Source of the DNA: Anaeramoeba ignava BMAN
Lineage: Eukaryota > Protista > Anaeramoebae
Assembly: GCA_028826165.1 (NCBI GenBank)
Contig: JAPDFW010000056.1
Span: 310,001-374,000, forward strand
DNA: 64,000 bases
Direction: 5' to 3'
Below are positions 42,237 to 55,205 of this stretch, piece by piece. The position numbers were made by a program, and so were the translations under genes. The notes below the pieces were generated by a model that did no database searches, had not been told where the DNA came from, and worked only from the letters and a program-made list of their open reading frames with translations. The first letter of the stretch is position 1. Every line of letters begins with the position of its first letter.

Positions 42237-44285
42237 CTAAACATCAAGAATTTTAAAGATTGCAGATTTTTCAAGTGTTTGCATTTCACTAATTACTTTT
42301 GCGGTTTGAAATCTTAAATTTTGAAAATTTTGCATGCTCATCTCAAATTGTTTAACACTTCCATCTGATAAAACCATTCTAAGATGAATAACTGGACGAA
42401 GAACTCGAGATAATGAAGCTGTTGAAATGATAACATCCACTCTCCATGAAAAATCAACTAAAGTTGGATAATGAATTGGTTCTTCTTTTTGTTTTTGACT
42501 TTTTTTCATTTTGATTTTATAAATGAATTTAAATTTATAAATATATTTATATTTATAATTATATTTATATTTATAATTATATTTATATTTATAATTATAT
42601 TTATATTTATATTTAAATTTATATTTATAAATGAATTTATATTTATAATTGAATTTATATTTATAATTGAATTTATATTTATAATTGAATTTATATTTAT
42701 AATTGAATTTATATTTATATTTGAATTTATATTTATAATTAAATTTATATTTATAATTGAATTTATATTTATAATTGAATTTATATTTATAATTAAATTT
42801 ATATTTATAATTGAATTTATATTTATAATTGAATTTATATTTATAATTAAATTTATATTTATAATTAGATTTATATTTATAAATAAATTTATATTTATAG
42901 TTGAATTTATATTTATAATTAAATTTAAATTTATAATTGAATTTATATTTATAATTGAATTTATATTTATAATTGAATTTATATTTATAAATAGATTTAT
43001 ATTTATATTTATAATTGAATTTATATTTATAATTAAATTTATATTTATAAATAAATTTATATTTATAATTGAATTTATATTTATAATTGAATTTATATTT
43101 ATAAATGAATTTATATTTATAAATATATTTATATTTATAATTGAATTTATATTTATAATTGAATTTATATTTATAATTGAATTTATATTTATAATTGAAT
43201 TTATAAATAGATTTAAATTTATAAATATATTTATAATTGAATTTATATTTATAATTAAATTTATATTTATAATTGAATTTATATTTATAATTGAATTTAT
43301 ATTTATAAATAGATTTATATTTATATTTATAATTGAATTTATATTTATAATTAAATTTATATTTATAAATAAATTTATATTTATAATTGAATTTATATTT
43401 ATAATTGAATTTATATTTATAAATGAATTTATATTTATAAATATATTTATATTTATAATTGAATTTATATTTATAATTTAATTTATATTTATAATTGAAT
43501 TTATATTTATAATTGAATTTATAAATAGATTTAAATTATAAATATATTTATATTTATAATTGAATTTATATTTATAATTAAATTTATATTTATAATTGAA
43601 TTTATATTTATAATTGAATTTATATTTATAAATAGATTTATATTTATATTTATAATTGAATTTATATTTATAATTGAATTTATATTTATAAATAAATTTA
43701 TATTTATAATTGAATTTATATTTATAATTGAATTTATATTTATAAATATATTTATATTTATAATTGAATTTATATTTATAATTGAATTTATATTTATAAT
43801 TGAATTTATATTTATAATTGAATTTATAAATAGATTTAAATTTATAAATATATTTATATTTATAAATAGATTTGAATTTATATTTATAAATAGATTTAAA
43901 TTGAATTATTGTACTAAATATTATTCATAACAGTAATAATCTCATTAATAAATTTTGTTTGCATATTTGATTTTTGAAGTAATTCTCTAACTCCACTTTC
44001 TGAAATTTTTTGTTTTTCTATCATTTGAAAAAGATCATATAATCCAGCAAATAAAGATAAAGAAATATGTTTCTATCATTATTTTAAATACCAAAAATAT
44101 AAACAAGCTTGAATTAAAATTTATTTGTTGTTTTTTATTTTAAAAAAAAAATTCTTTACAGGTTTTGAAAGTGTGGGATTCTTTAATACAGAAACTACAG
44201 ATTTTAAAGCATTTTGAAATTGTTGTTTATCTGTAGTTTGTGAAGTAGAAATCATATCAAGAATGGTTTGTGATAATTCAGTCAT
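42237..44285 (-). CDS. COMMD5: COMM-domain protein (COMMD5-like); exons 44285-44160, 44072-43915, 42498-42237
   Basis: PTLVDFSWRVDVIISTASLSRVLRP..LSDG..FE..FQNLRF; two GT-AG introns keep frame. Confidence 0.8.
42499..43914 (-). repeat. 1.4-kb intron filled with the 18-bp satellite (TTTATATTTATAATTGAA)n
   Basis: Repeat visible; the 42471..43481 ORF is the repeat translated. Confidence 0.9.
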
Positions 44286-44394
44286 TTTTTTTTAAGAAAG
44301 AAAGAAAAGAAAAATGAAAAAGTAAAATGAAAAAAAAATATTTTATTAAAAATATTTTATTAAAAAAATATTTTATTAAAAAAAAATTCAAATG

Positions 44395-47300
44395 TTAATT
44401 TTCAAATTCACTACTTTGAGAACTATTAGCAGATTCAAAGAAAAATGGTTCAGTTTGCTTATGTTTAGTTTGAGGTTGACTTTTGATTTGATTTTCATTT
44501 TCATTTTCATTTTGATTTTGATTTTCATTTTCATTTTGATTATTTTTTGGATTTTCTTTATCAATTAAATTTTTCAAATGATTTTCTCTTTGATTTTTGA
44601 ATTTTAAATTAACAATAATTTCGTTATGTGTGAAGTTGTCATTTTCCATTTGTGATTGAAGTTGTCGTAGAATTTGATTTTGAATTTGGTTTTGAATTTG
44701 ATTTTGAATTTGGTGTTTATTTTTATTATGGATTTTGATTTGGTTATCAATTTCAATTTGGATTTGATTTTGATTTTGATTTTGATTTTTGTTTGAATTT
44801 TTGTTTGGATTGTGATTTAGTTTTTTAATCGCTTCATTAACAATATCCCTATTTTCATTATCTTCTTTGAAAACAAAAGAATCATTTCCTAAACTATTTA
44901 GAATGCTATTTCTGATCTCATTTGGATCAATATCTTCATCTGGTAAATCTTCGTTATCATCAAGATCATCACTATCATCACTTGATTTTTTATCGTTTTT
45001 GCTTTCTTTTTCTTTTTTCTTTTTAGCTTTTTCTTGTTTCTTTTTTAAACGCAACTTTTTCCGTTCTTTTTTTTGCCTTTTTTCATACTCTTTCATTTCT
45101 TGTCGATATCTTTTACGATCTTTATCAGCTAATCTACAGTATTTCTAAGTAAAATAAGTGATTCAATTTCTTTAATTTTTAAAGAAGAAAGAAAAGAAAA
45201 TAATAATAATCAAATTTACTTCTTTTTCTTCTTTTGAAAGTAATTTCCATTTTTCTCCAATAGTTTTCCCTAATTGAGGAACTTTCATTTCAGGATTTTT
45301 TTCAAGAATTATTTGACGGATTTCATTTGAGAAAAGGATGTATGATGAACGAGGTTTTATTGGTGCTCTTTTTTTTCTTCTTCGGGGTTTTCGAGGTTTT
45401 TGATAATCTTTATGTTCTTCTCGAAATTTTGCCATTTTTACATGATAACTTTCTCGTTCTATTGCTGCTTCGTTTTCGAATCTCTAAGAAAGAAAGAAAA
45501 ATTAATATTTAATCAATATTTAATCAATATTTAATTAATATTTAATCAATATTTAATTAATATTTAATCAATATTTAATTAATATTTAATCAATATTTAA
45601 TTAATATTTAATCAATATTTAATCAATATTTAATCAATATTTAATCAATATTTAATCAATATTTAATTAATATTTAATTAATATTTAATTAATATTTAAT
45701 CAATATTTAATTAATATTTAATTAATATTTAATTAATATTTAATCAATATTTAATTAATATTTAATTAATATTTAATCAATATTTAATTAATATTTAATT
45801 AATATTTAATTAATATTTAATTAATATTTAATCAATATTTAATCAATATTTAATCAATAATATTTAATCAATATTTAATCAATATTTAATCAATATTTAA
45901 TCAATATTTAATCAATATTTAATCAATATTTAATCAATATTTAATCAATATTTAATCAATTAATATTTAATCAATATTTAATCAATATTTAATCAATATT
46001 TAATTAATATTTAATCAATATTTAATCAATATTTAATTAATATTTAATCAATATTTAATCAATATTTAATTAATATTTAATTAATATATTTAATCAATAT
46101 TTTCAATATTTAATTAATATTTAATCAATATTTAATTAATATTTAATTAATATTTTAATATTTAATCAATATTTAATCAATATTTAATTAATATTTAATT
46201 AATATTTAATTAATATATTTAATCAATATTTAATTTCCGTGTCAATATTTTAATCAATATTTAATCAATATTTAATCAATATTTAATCAATATTTAATCA
46301 ATATTTAATCAATATTTAATCAATATTTAATTAATATTTAATCAATATTTAATTAATTTTCTTTTAATCAATATTTATTTAATCAATATTTAATCAATAT
46401 TTAATTCCAATATTTAATCAATATTTTAATCAATATTTTTAATATTTAATCAATATTTTTTAATTAATATTTAATCAATATTTTAATTCAATATTTAATT
46501 AATATTTAATTAATATTTAATCAATATTTAATTAATATTTAATCAATATTTAATCAATATTTGTCAATATTTAATCAATACCAATAATATTTAATCAATA
46601 TTTAATCAATATTTAATTAATATTTACCAATATTTAATCAATATTTTATTTTATTTAATCAATATTGGTAATATTTAATTAATATTTAATCAATATTTTA
46701 TCAATATTTAATCAATTTAATCAATATTTAATCAATATTTTAATCAATATTTAATCAATATTTAATTAATATTTAATTAATATTTAATTAATATTTAATT
46801 AATATTTAATTAATATTTAATCAATATTAATCAATATTTTAATCAATATTTAATCAATATATTTAAATTAATATTTAATCAATATTTAATCAATATTTAA
46901 TCAATATTTAATCAATATTTAATTAATATTTAATTAATATTTAATCAATATTTAATTAATCAATATTTAATCAATATTTAATCAATATTTAATCAATATT
47001 TAATCAATATTTAATCAATATTTAATCAATATTTAATCATATTTAATCAATATTTTCAATATTTAAATTAATATTTAATTAATATTTAATTAATATTTAA
47101 TTAATATTTAATTAATATTTTAATAATATTTAATCAATATTTAATATATTTTAATCAATATTTAATCAATATTTAATCAATATTTAATTAATATTTAATT
47201 AATATTTAATTAATATTTATTAATATTTAATTAATATTTAATTAATATTTAATTAATATTTAATTAATATTTAATCAATATTTAATCAATATTTAATCAA

Positions 47301-48119
47301 TATTTTAATCAATATTTAATCAATATTTTAATTAATATTTAATCAATATTTAATTAATATTTAATCAATATTTAATTAATATTTAATTAATATTTAATTA
47401 ATATTTAATCAATATTTAATCAATATTTAATCAATATTTAATCAATATTTAATCAATATTTAATTAATATTTAATTAATATTTAATTAATATTTAATTAA
47501 TATTTAATTAATATTTAATTAATATTTAATTAATATTTAATTAATATTTAATCAATATTTAATCAATATTTAATTAATATTTAATTAATATTTAATCAAT
47601 ATTTAATTAATATTTAATTAATTAATTAATTTTTTGAAATGTGTCGTTAAATTTGAAAAAAAAATATTAAATTATTACTTGTTTTATTTCAGTAGAAAGC
47701 TTTCTCCATCTTTTTCCAATTTTCTTTCCCATTTTTGGAACAGAAATTTGAGGATATTGCTTTCTAATTATTGGACGAATCTCACGAGAAAATAAGAGAA
47801 AAGCAGTTAAAGGTTTTTTTGGAGGTCTTATAACTTGATTTTCTAAATCTATTTCTGATTGGTTTTCATTTTCGTTTTGATTTTCGTTTTCATTTTCATT
47901 TTCAATTTGTATTTCGTTTTCATTTCCATTTTCGTTTCCATTTTCGTTTTTTAAATCTGTTAATAATAAATTTGGTGTTAAAGTTAAACTAGATTTTGAA
48001 ATTGTTTCAAATATTTCTTTTATAATTTGTTTTTCTTTTGTAATTTCTTTTTCTTTTTCTTTTTCTTTTTGTTTTTCTTTTTGTTTATTAAAATTAGCAC
48101 CGTTTGTTTCGCTACTCAT
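44395..48119 (-). CDS. Double HMG-box protein; exons 48119-47679, 45483-45220, 45144-44395
   Basis: PPKKPLTAFLLFSREIR..IGKRWRKLS and PIKPRSSYILFSNEIR..IGEKWKLLS; splicing completes helix 3 of each box. Confidence 0.88.
45484..47678 (-). repeat. 2.2-kb intron filled with the 11-bp satellite (AATATTTAATC/T)n
   Basis: GT..AG on the minus strand; repeat visible. Confidence 0.92.
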
Positions 48120-48394
48120 AGGAGAATAAGTTATAGTTAAATTTATAGCGCCTAAAAAAAATAAGAGAAATGGTTTTTGTTTTATTTTAAATTAATTTTT
48201 TTTTTAATTAAAAAAAAGGGGAAAAATTATTTTCTTATTTTTTTTTCTCCTTTTTAATTTTTTTAATTTTTTTTTTTCATTTTTTTCCTTTTTTTTTCTT
48301 ATATTTTTTTTTTGATCATTTATATTGAGATCTAACTTACATTTTATATTAAAAAAATAATTGAATTAAAATAATTGAATTAAAATAAAGTCGA

Positions 48395-50074
48395 ATGCGC
48401 ACTTTTTATTCAAAACAAAAAAAATTTCCAAAAACAGATCGAATTAAGAATCCACATCAAGAAACGAAACGACAACAAAACATGAAACTAGAAGCGAAGA
48501 AAAGGATACTAGATCGGTTTATACCCCAAAGGGAAGAAAAACCGAGTGATCTTTTCACGATCACATATGAGACAGAAGAAAGCAAAAAAACAAAAAAGAA
48601 AAAAAACGGACGAAGATTAGGATGTCTTTACGAGAACGAGACGAAGCAATGCGACTTGAAGCGCGGGGGAAAAGACGGGGGAGAAGAAGAAGGAAAAATT
48701 TACCGCGATCTTTTAAGCAGCGAAGTGCTCGGACGACAAGGCGCGTATAAAGACGGGGTACTACGGTTCATGGGGAACGATCCCGCAGAAGATACTAGTC
48801 CGTTCTCGCTCTCGCCACTGAACCGGAGCAGCGAGGGAATTCTGCGACCACAGGAAACACGGGGAAGAAGAAGACGAAAAATCCCGGCCCATCCCGTTAG
48901 AGTGCTAGATGCCCCAATGATCGAAGATGACTTCTACCTCAATCTCATGGATTGGAGCTCGACCGATTTCCTTGCGGTTGGGATCCTCAAATTTGTCTTC
49001 CTTTTGAATGTAAAAACGGGCGCTGTCACCCGCATTTGCGAGCTTGGATCGGGCGACAAAATATCATCTCTTTCCTGGCATCCATCGGGCTCCCATCTCG
49101 CCATCGGCACGCACAACGGTTATCTGCACTATTGGGACGTTGCCGAGTCGCGTCTTGTCCGCACCTTCAACGAGCATCAATTGCGTGTCGGTTGTCTCAC
49201 TTGGTCCGGTAATTTGTTATGTTCTGGAAGTCGTGATCAACGTGTTATAATTCGCGATATTCGGGCCAAAAAAAAAACTTCTATTCTCGAGCATCATACC
49301 CAAGAAATATGCAGTTTGAAGTGGTCTTCTGACGGCTCCAAACTCGCGTCTGGTGGAAACGATAATACCGTCTATATTTCTGATGCTAAAAGTCCGTTGC
49401 CGTTGATGAAACTTGAAGGCCATCAAGCTGCTGTCAAGGCTCTTTCCTGGTCTCCTCATTCTCCTAACCTCCTTGCGACTGGCGGCGGCACTGCAGACCG
49501 CACTCTTAAGATCTGGAATATCGATTCCGCTCGTCTTCTTGGTTCTTTTGATACTGGATCACAGATTTGTAATCTTTTTTGGTCGCCTCTTGCTAATGAA
49601 ATTGTTACTACTCATGGTTTCTCCCAAAATCAAATTATGGTCTGGGATTTCCCCTCAATGGATATTCTTACTAGTATGGTTGCTCATTCTTCTCGTGTTT
49701 TGTATTTGACTGCTTCTCCTAATGGCGATACAATTGCGACTGCTGCTGGTGATGAAAAGATCAAGTTTTGGAACTTGTTTCCACAATGTACAATTTAAAA
49801 TATAAAATCAATTTAATATTTAAAATCAATTTAAAATATAAAAATCAATTTAATATTCAAATATTTATTTAAAATCAATTTAAAATATAAAATCAATTTA
49901 ATATTTAAAATCAATTTAATATTCAAATATTTATTTAAAATCAATTTAATATTCAAATATTTAAAATATAAAATCAATTTAATTTTTATTCAAAATATTC
50001 TTTTTCTTTTGATTTCTTTAGCTCCTAAAAATCTACTGGGAAATACTCTTCCTGGTTATCAAGAAATTCGTTGA
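48395..50074 (+). CDS. FZR1: APC/C co-activator Cdh1/Fizzy-related; exons 48395-49787, 50022-50074
   Basis: C-box DRFIPQR, SPFSLSP, VLDAPMIEDDFYLNLMDWS, WD40 repeats, GGGTADR; the spliced last exon ends ..YQEIR* (IR tail). Confidence 0.9.
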
Positions 50075-50595
50075 TTCAACTAATTTTCCTTTTATTTCTT
50101 CATAAAAATGCTTTCTTTCCTTCTGGATTGTTGATTTCAAAAGATGTTCTTGCTAAAACTAAATACTTTCCTTCTTGCTTCGTTTTCCTTTTTCTAATTT
50201 GCTTCGTTTTCTTTTAATTTGCTTCGTTTTCTTTTAATTTGCTTCGCCTTCTTTTAATTTGCTTCGTTTTCTTTTATTCAAAATGTTTTAGTCAAAATTC
50301 TTTAGCAATTATGTTGATCTTGATCAAAGTTAATTTAAACTTCATGCTCTGTCAGCAAATCAATTCATTTTCAAAGTTAAAGTTCATTCTAGATTATCTT
50401 CAAATTCTTCTAAGAATCAAATTAGATTTTATTTAAAATTCATCTTTCTAAATTGATCACTTCATCAAAATCATTTCTATTTATTTTCTTTCTTTCTTTC
50501 CTTTTTAAAAAAAAAAACAACAAAAATTAAAATTAAATTCTTCTTCTTAATTTATTTTTATTTGAAAAAAAAAAAAAGAAATTCTTTTTCTCATT

Positions 50596-53500
50596 TTAAT
50601 TTCCATCTGAAAATCCCCATTTAAACTTCATTTCAAAAAGTTTTTGAAGTATTTCTTCTGTTTTTTGTTGTGTTTTATCTTTATGAATTGATTCCAAAAT
50701 TTTTAAAGATTGATCAAAAATTTGAGTTCCTTTTTTATCACCAGTGTAATAAATAATCTCATCAACTTTAGCAACTCTTGAAGCAAGAATTTGAAGAATT
50801 GTCATTAATTGTCGATTTCCTCCATAAGCTCCACATCTATAAAAATTATAAATTATAAATCATAAATCATAAATCATAAATCATAAATAAATATCAAAAA
50901 AAATAAATTCACAAACCCCCAAAATCCAGTATTAATTATAACTATTGGTTTTTGGATTTTTTCTTCATTTTCTTTTTCATTTTCATTTTCTTTTTCTTGT
51001 TCATAAAATGCTTTTTCAGAATCTAATTTTGCTGCATAAAAACCAGAATATAAAGCACTAAAACAATAATCAATATCTTTACGTGAATAAAAACCTCTTC
51101 CTCCAGTTGGAGCTTCCATTGCCATAATATTTGAAATTGTTGGTGGATTCTAATAAACATTAATTTTAGATTAAATCAAATTAAATCCAAAAATTAAATC
51201 AAATTAAATCCAAAAATTAAATTAAATCAAATCAAATTAAATCAAATCCAAAAATTAAATTAAATTAAATTAAATCCAAAAATTAAATCCAAAAATTAAA
51301 TTAAATTAAATTAAATTAAATTAAATCCAAAAATTAAATTAAATCAAATTAAATTAAATTAAATCAAATTAAATCAAATTAAATCCAAAAATTAAATCCA
51401 AAAATTAAATTAAATTAAATCCAATTAAATCCAAAAATTAAATTAAATTAAATCAAATTAAATTAAATTAAATCCAAAAATTAAATCAAATTAAATCAAA
51501 ATCAAATTAAATCCAAAAATTAAATCCAAAAATTAAATTAAATTAAATTAAATTAAATTAAATTAAATTAAATCCAAAAATCAAATTAAATCAAGTTAAA
51601 TCAAATTAAATCAAATCAAATTAAATCCAAAAATTAAATCAAATTAAATCCAAAAATTAAATTAAATTAAATTAAATTAAATTAAATCAAATTAAATTAA
51701 ATTAAATCAAAATCAAATTAAATCAAATTAAATCCAAAAATTAAATTAAATTAAATTAAATTAAATTAAATTAAATTAAATTAAATTAAATTAAATCCAA
51801 AAATTAAATCCAAAAATTAAATCCAAAAATTAAATTAAATTAAATTAAATTAAATTAAATTAAATTAAATTAAATTAAATTAAATTAAATTAAATTAAAT
51901 TAAATTAAATTAAATTAAATTAAATTAAATTAAATCCAAAAATCAAATTAAATTAAATCCAAAAATTAAATTAAATTAAATTAAATTAAATCAAATTAAA
52001 TCAAATTAAATTAAATCAAATTAAATCCAAAAATTAAATCAAATCAAATTAAATCCAAAAATTAAATCAAATCCAAAAATTAAATTAAATCAAAATCAAA
52101 TTAAATCCAAAAATTAAATTAAATCCAAAAATCAAATTAAATCAAATCAAATTAAATCAAATTAAATCAAATTAAATCAAATCAAATTAAATCCAAAAAT
52201 TAAATTAAATCAAATCCAAAAATTAAATTAAATCCAAAAATCAAATTAAATCAAATTAAATCAAATCAAATTAAATCCAAAAATTAAATCAAATCCAAAA
52301 ATTAAATCAAATCCAAAAATTAAATTAAATTAAATTAAATTAAATTAAATTAAATTAAATTAAATTAAATCCAAAAATCAAATTAAATTAAATCCAAAAA
52401 TCAAATTAAATTAAATCCAAAAATTAAATTAAATTAAATTAAATTAAATCAAATTAAATCAAATTAAATTAAATCAAATTAAATCCAAAAATTAAATCAA
52501 ATCAAATTAAATCCAAAAATTAAATCAAATCCAAAAATTAAATTAAATCAAAATCAAATTAAATCCAAAAATTAAATTAAATCCAAAAATCAAATTAAAT
52601 CAAATCAAATTAAATCAAATTAAATCAAATTAAATCAAATCAAATTAAATCCAAAAATTAAATCAAATCCAAAAATTAAATTAAATTAAATTAAATTAAA
52701 TTAAATTAAATTAAATTAAATCCAATTAAATTAAATTAAATTAAATCAAATTAAATCAAATTAAATTAAATTAAATTAAATCAAATTAAATTAAATCAAA
52801 TCAAATTAAATTAAATTAAATCAAATCAAATTAAATCAAATTAAATCCAAAAATTAAATTAAATCCAAAAATCAAATTAAATTAAATTAAATTAAATTAA
52901 ATTAAATTAAATTAAATTAAATTAAATTAAATTAAATCAAATTAAATCAAATTAAATCAAATCCAAAAATTAAATTAAATCAAAATAAATTAAATCCAAA
53001 AATTAAATTAAATTAAATTAAATTAAATTAAATCCAAAAATTAAATTAAATTAAATTAAATCCAAAAATTAAATCATTTTTCTCTTTTTTTCCTCTTTCG
53101 AAAATTACAATAACTTTTGTTGCATTGCGAATTGCTTTCTGTGAAGCAAAAGCAAAATTATTTCCATATAAACCTTCTGGTCTTCCCAATTTAAGGTTTG
53201 GAGTTGTATCAATTGAAACTCTTCTCTCAACTCCACGAACTAAAATTGGAGTTGGACCCTCTGATGTTCTAGTTAAGGGAACAATTTCTTTTTGATTATT
53301 CAACCATTCCCTTAAAGACCCAAGCGCAGGATGTTCAGTCTAAAAAAATTTAAAAAAAAATGGAAAAGGTGAAAAAAAAAATTTTTTTTGACATTTTTTT
53401 GTTTTGTTCTTAAATTTACAACTTGCATTTCATCTTGTGCAAAAAGTCCACTTGAATATGCAATAAAAAGATGAGAATGAGCAAAATTTAAATGCCAATC

Positions 53501-53788
53501 GTAAATATTATTATTTGGATTTTCTCTTCCATATTCATAAAAACTTTCTTTGGATTGAATTTTGAGATTTGAACCAAGATCAACATTTTCTGGAATTGGA
53601 AATGATTTCCAACGTGAAAAAGATAATGTACCGCTATGTACAGCATCAGGAGGACAAGAAATTTGAGCTACTAATCTTTTGTTTTGATCATTCCATTTAG
53701 GTGGATGTTCTTTAAATAATTTTGCTGTTTCTAGTGATTTTTCATTTATAATAAATGATTTAATTTTACTTTCAATTTCTTTTTGCAT
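50596..53788 (-). CDS. PARG-like macrodomain protein (bacterial-type family); exons 53788-53420, 53339-53109, 51149-50917, 50836-50596
   Basis: WHLNFAHSHLF..SSGLFAQDEMQV|TEHP corresponds to PARG DFAN..GGG..QEE; INTGFWG|CGAYGGN corresponds to PARG TGNWGCGAFGG. Confidence 0.75.
51150..53108 (-). repeat. 2-kb intron filled with (AAATT)n/(AAATC)/(AAATCCAA) satellite
   Basis: GT..AG phase 0 on the minus strand joins KVI|NPPT. Confidence 0.9.
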
Positions 53789-53929
53789 TTTTTCTTTTTT
53801 AAAATAAAAAGGGGAAAAATGATTTTCATTTTTTAAATTGTTTTTTTTTCTCTTTCCTACGTGTAAAATATATTTATTCCATTTAATTTTATGACAATGA
53901 TTTATAAATAAAAAATACATTCAAAAATT

Positions 53930-53980
53930 TTTTTTCATTTTTCATTTTTCATTTTTCATTTTTCATTTTTCATTTTTTTT
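53930..53980 (+). promoter_or_regulatory. Tandem (TTTTCAT)n initiator-like element (representative of many in the window)
   Basis: The same motif lies just upstream of most ATGs, on the coding strand. Confidence 0.5.
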
Positions 53981-53997
53981 ATAAAATTATTAAATTA

Positions 53998-55062
53998 ATG
54001 TCAACTTCAAATCAAGAAAATAAAGATAAGAAAGATAAAAAAGATAAGAAAGATAAGAAAGATAAAAAAGATAAGAAAGATAAGAAAGATAAGAAAGATA
54101 AGAAAGATAAGAAAGATAAAGATAAAAAAGATAAAAAAGATAAGAAAGATAAAGATAAAGATAAGAAAGATAAGAAAGATAAGAAAGATAAGAAAGAAAA
54201 GAAAGATAAGAAAGGCAAAGAAAAGAAAGAAAAGAAAGATAAGAAAGGCAAAGATAAGAAAGAAAAGAAAGAAAATAAAGATAAAGATAAAGATAAGAAA
54301 GATAAGAAAGATAAGAAAGATAAAACAGAAAAGAAAGAAAAGAAAGAAAAGAAAGAAAAGAAAGATAAGAAAGATAAGAAAAAAAAGAAAGATAAAACAG
54401 ATAAAGTTGAAAAAGATAAAAAGGATAAAGAAATTATAAAATCAAATTCAAATCAAATCCAAAAATCAAATTCAAATCAAATCCAAAAATCAAATTCAAA
54501 TCAAATCCAAAAATCAAATCAAATCCAAAAATCAAACCAAATTCAAAAATCAAATCAAATTCAAAAATCAAATCAAATTCAAAAATCAAATCAAATTCAA
54601 ACACCAAAACCAAAACCAAAACCAAAACCAAAAATTAAACTCTCAGAAGAAGAACTTGAAAAACTTCGAACTGATTATCTTTCTGATTTGAAAACTTTTC
54701 TCAAAATAGAAGGATCAGTGGATTATTTCAAAAAATATTTATCTACTTTAATGGCTGAAGAAAATATTAATTTTTGGATTAAAACAGAAAATTTGAGAAA
54801 AATAATTTTACAACAAAGTAATAGTATATTTACAGAATTTATCAAAACAAACGCAGAAAATGAAATTATGATTGAACATGAAATTCGCCAAAAAATAACA
54901 GAAGAAATTGAAAAAGGAAATTATAATGTTCATTTATTTGATGAAGCTCAAGAGGCTGTTATTAATTTAATGGAAAAAGAAACTTTCCAAACTTTCCAAT
55001 TCACTGAATATGCTGATGATTTTTTAACTCAATTAAAAGCAAAACAATTGGAAAATAACTGA
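53998..55062 (+). CDS. RGS-domain protein with N-terminal (KKD)n low-complexity tract
   Basis: YFKKYL..AEENINFW..IFTEFIK..EIMI..LFDEAQEAVINLMEKETFQTF. Confidence 0.85.
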   Translation: MSTSNQENKDKKDKKDKKDKKDKKDKKDKKDKKDKKDKKDKDKKDKKDKKDKDKDKKDKKDKKDKKEKKDKKGKEKKEKKDKKGKDKKEKKENKDKDKDKKDKKDKKDKTEKKEKKEKKEKKDKKDKKKKKDKTDKVEKDKKDKEIIKSNSNQIQKSNSNQIQKSNSNQIQKSNQIQKSNQIQKSNQIQKSNQIQKSNQIQTPKPKPKPKPKIKLSEEELEKLRTDYLSDLKTFLKIEGSVDYFKKYLSTLMAEENINFWIKTENLRKIILQQSNSIFTEFIKTNAENEIMIEHEIRQKITEEIEKGNYNVHLFDEAQEAVINLMEKETFQTFQFTEYADDFLTQLKAKQLENN

Positions 55063-55205
55063 TTCAAAAACAATTTTTCTTTCTTTTTTTTCTTTCTTTT
55101 TTTTTCAAATTGTTTGTTAATTTCCAAACTTAATAAAAAAATTTAATTTTTTTCATTTTCATTTTTTTCATTTTTTATTTTCTTTCATTTTCTTTTATTT
55201 TTAAA

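Noticed and set aside
46200-46800. Degenerate cores inside satellites (also about 9200-10100 and 10800-11750) as hidden elements
   Set aside because: Clean edges with noisy centres fit unpolished long-read error; no ORF or structure seen
50350-50470. C/D snoRNA on the minus strand (TGATGA..CTGA)
   Set aside because: No terminal stem or recognisable guide; such boxes occur by chance in AT-rich DNA
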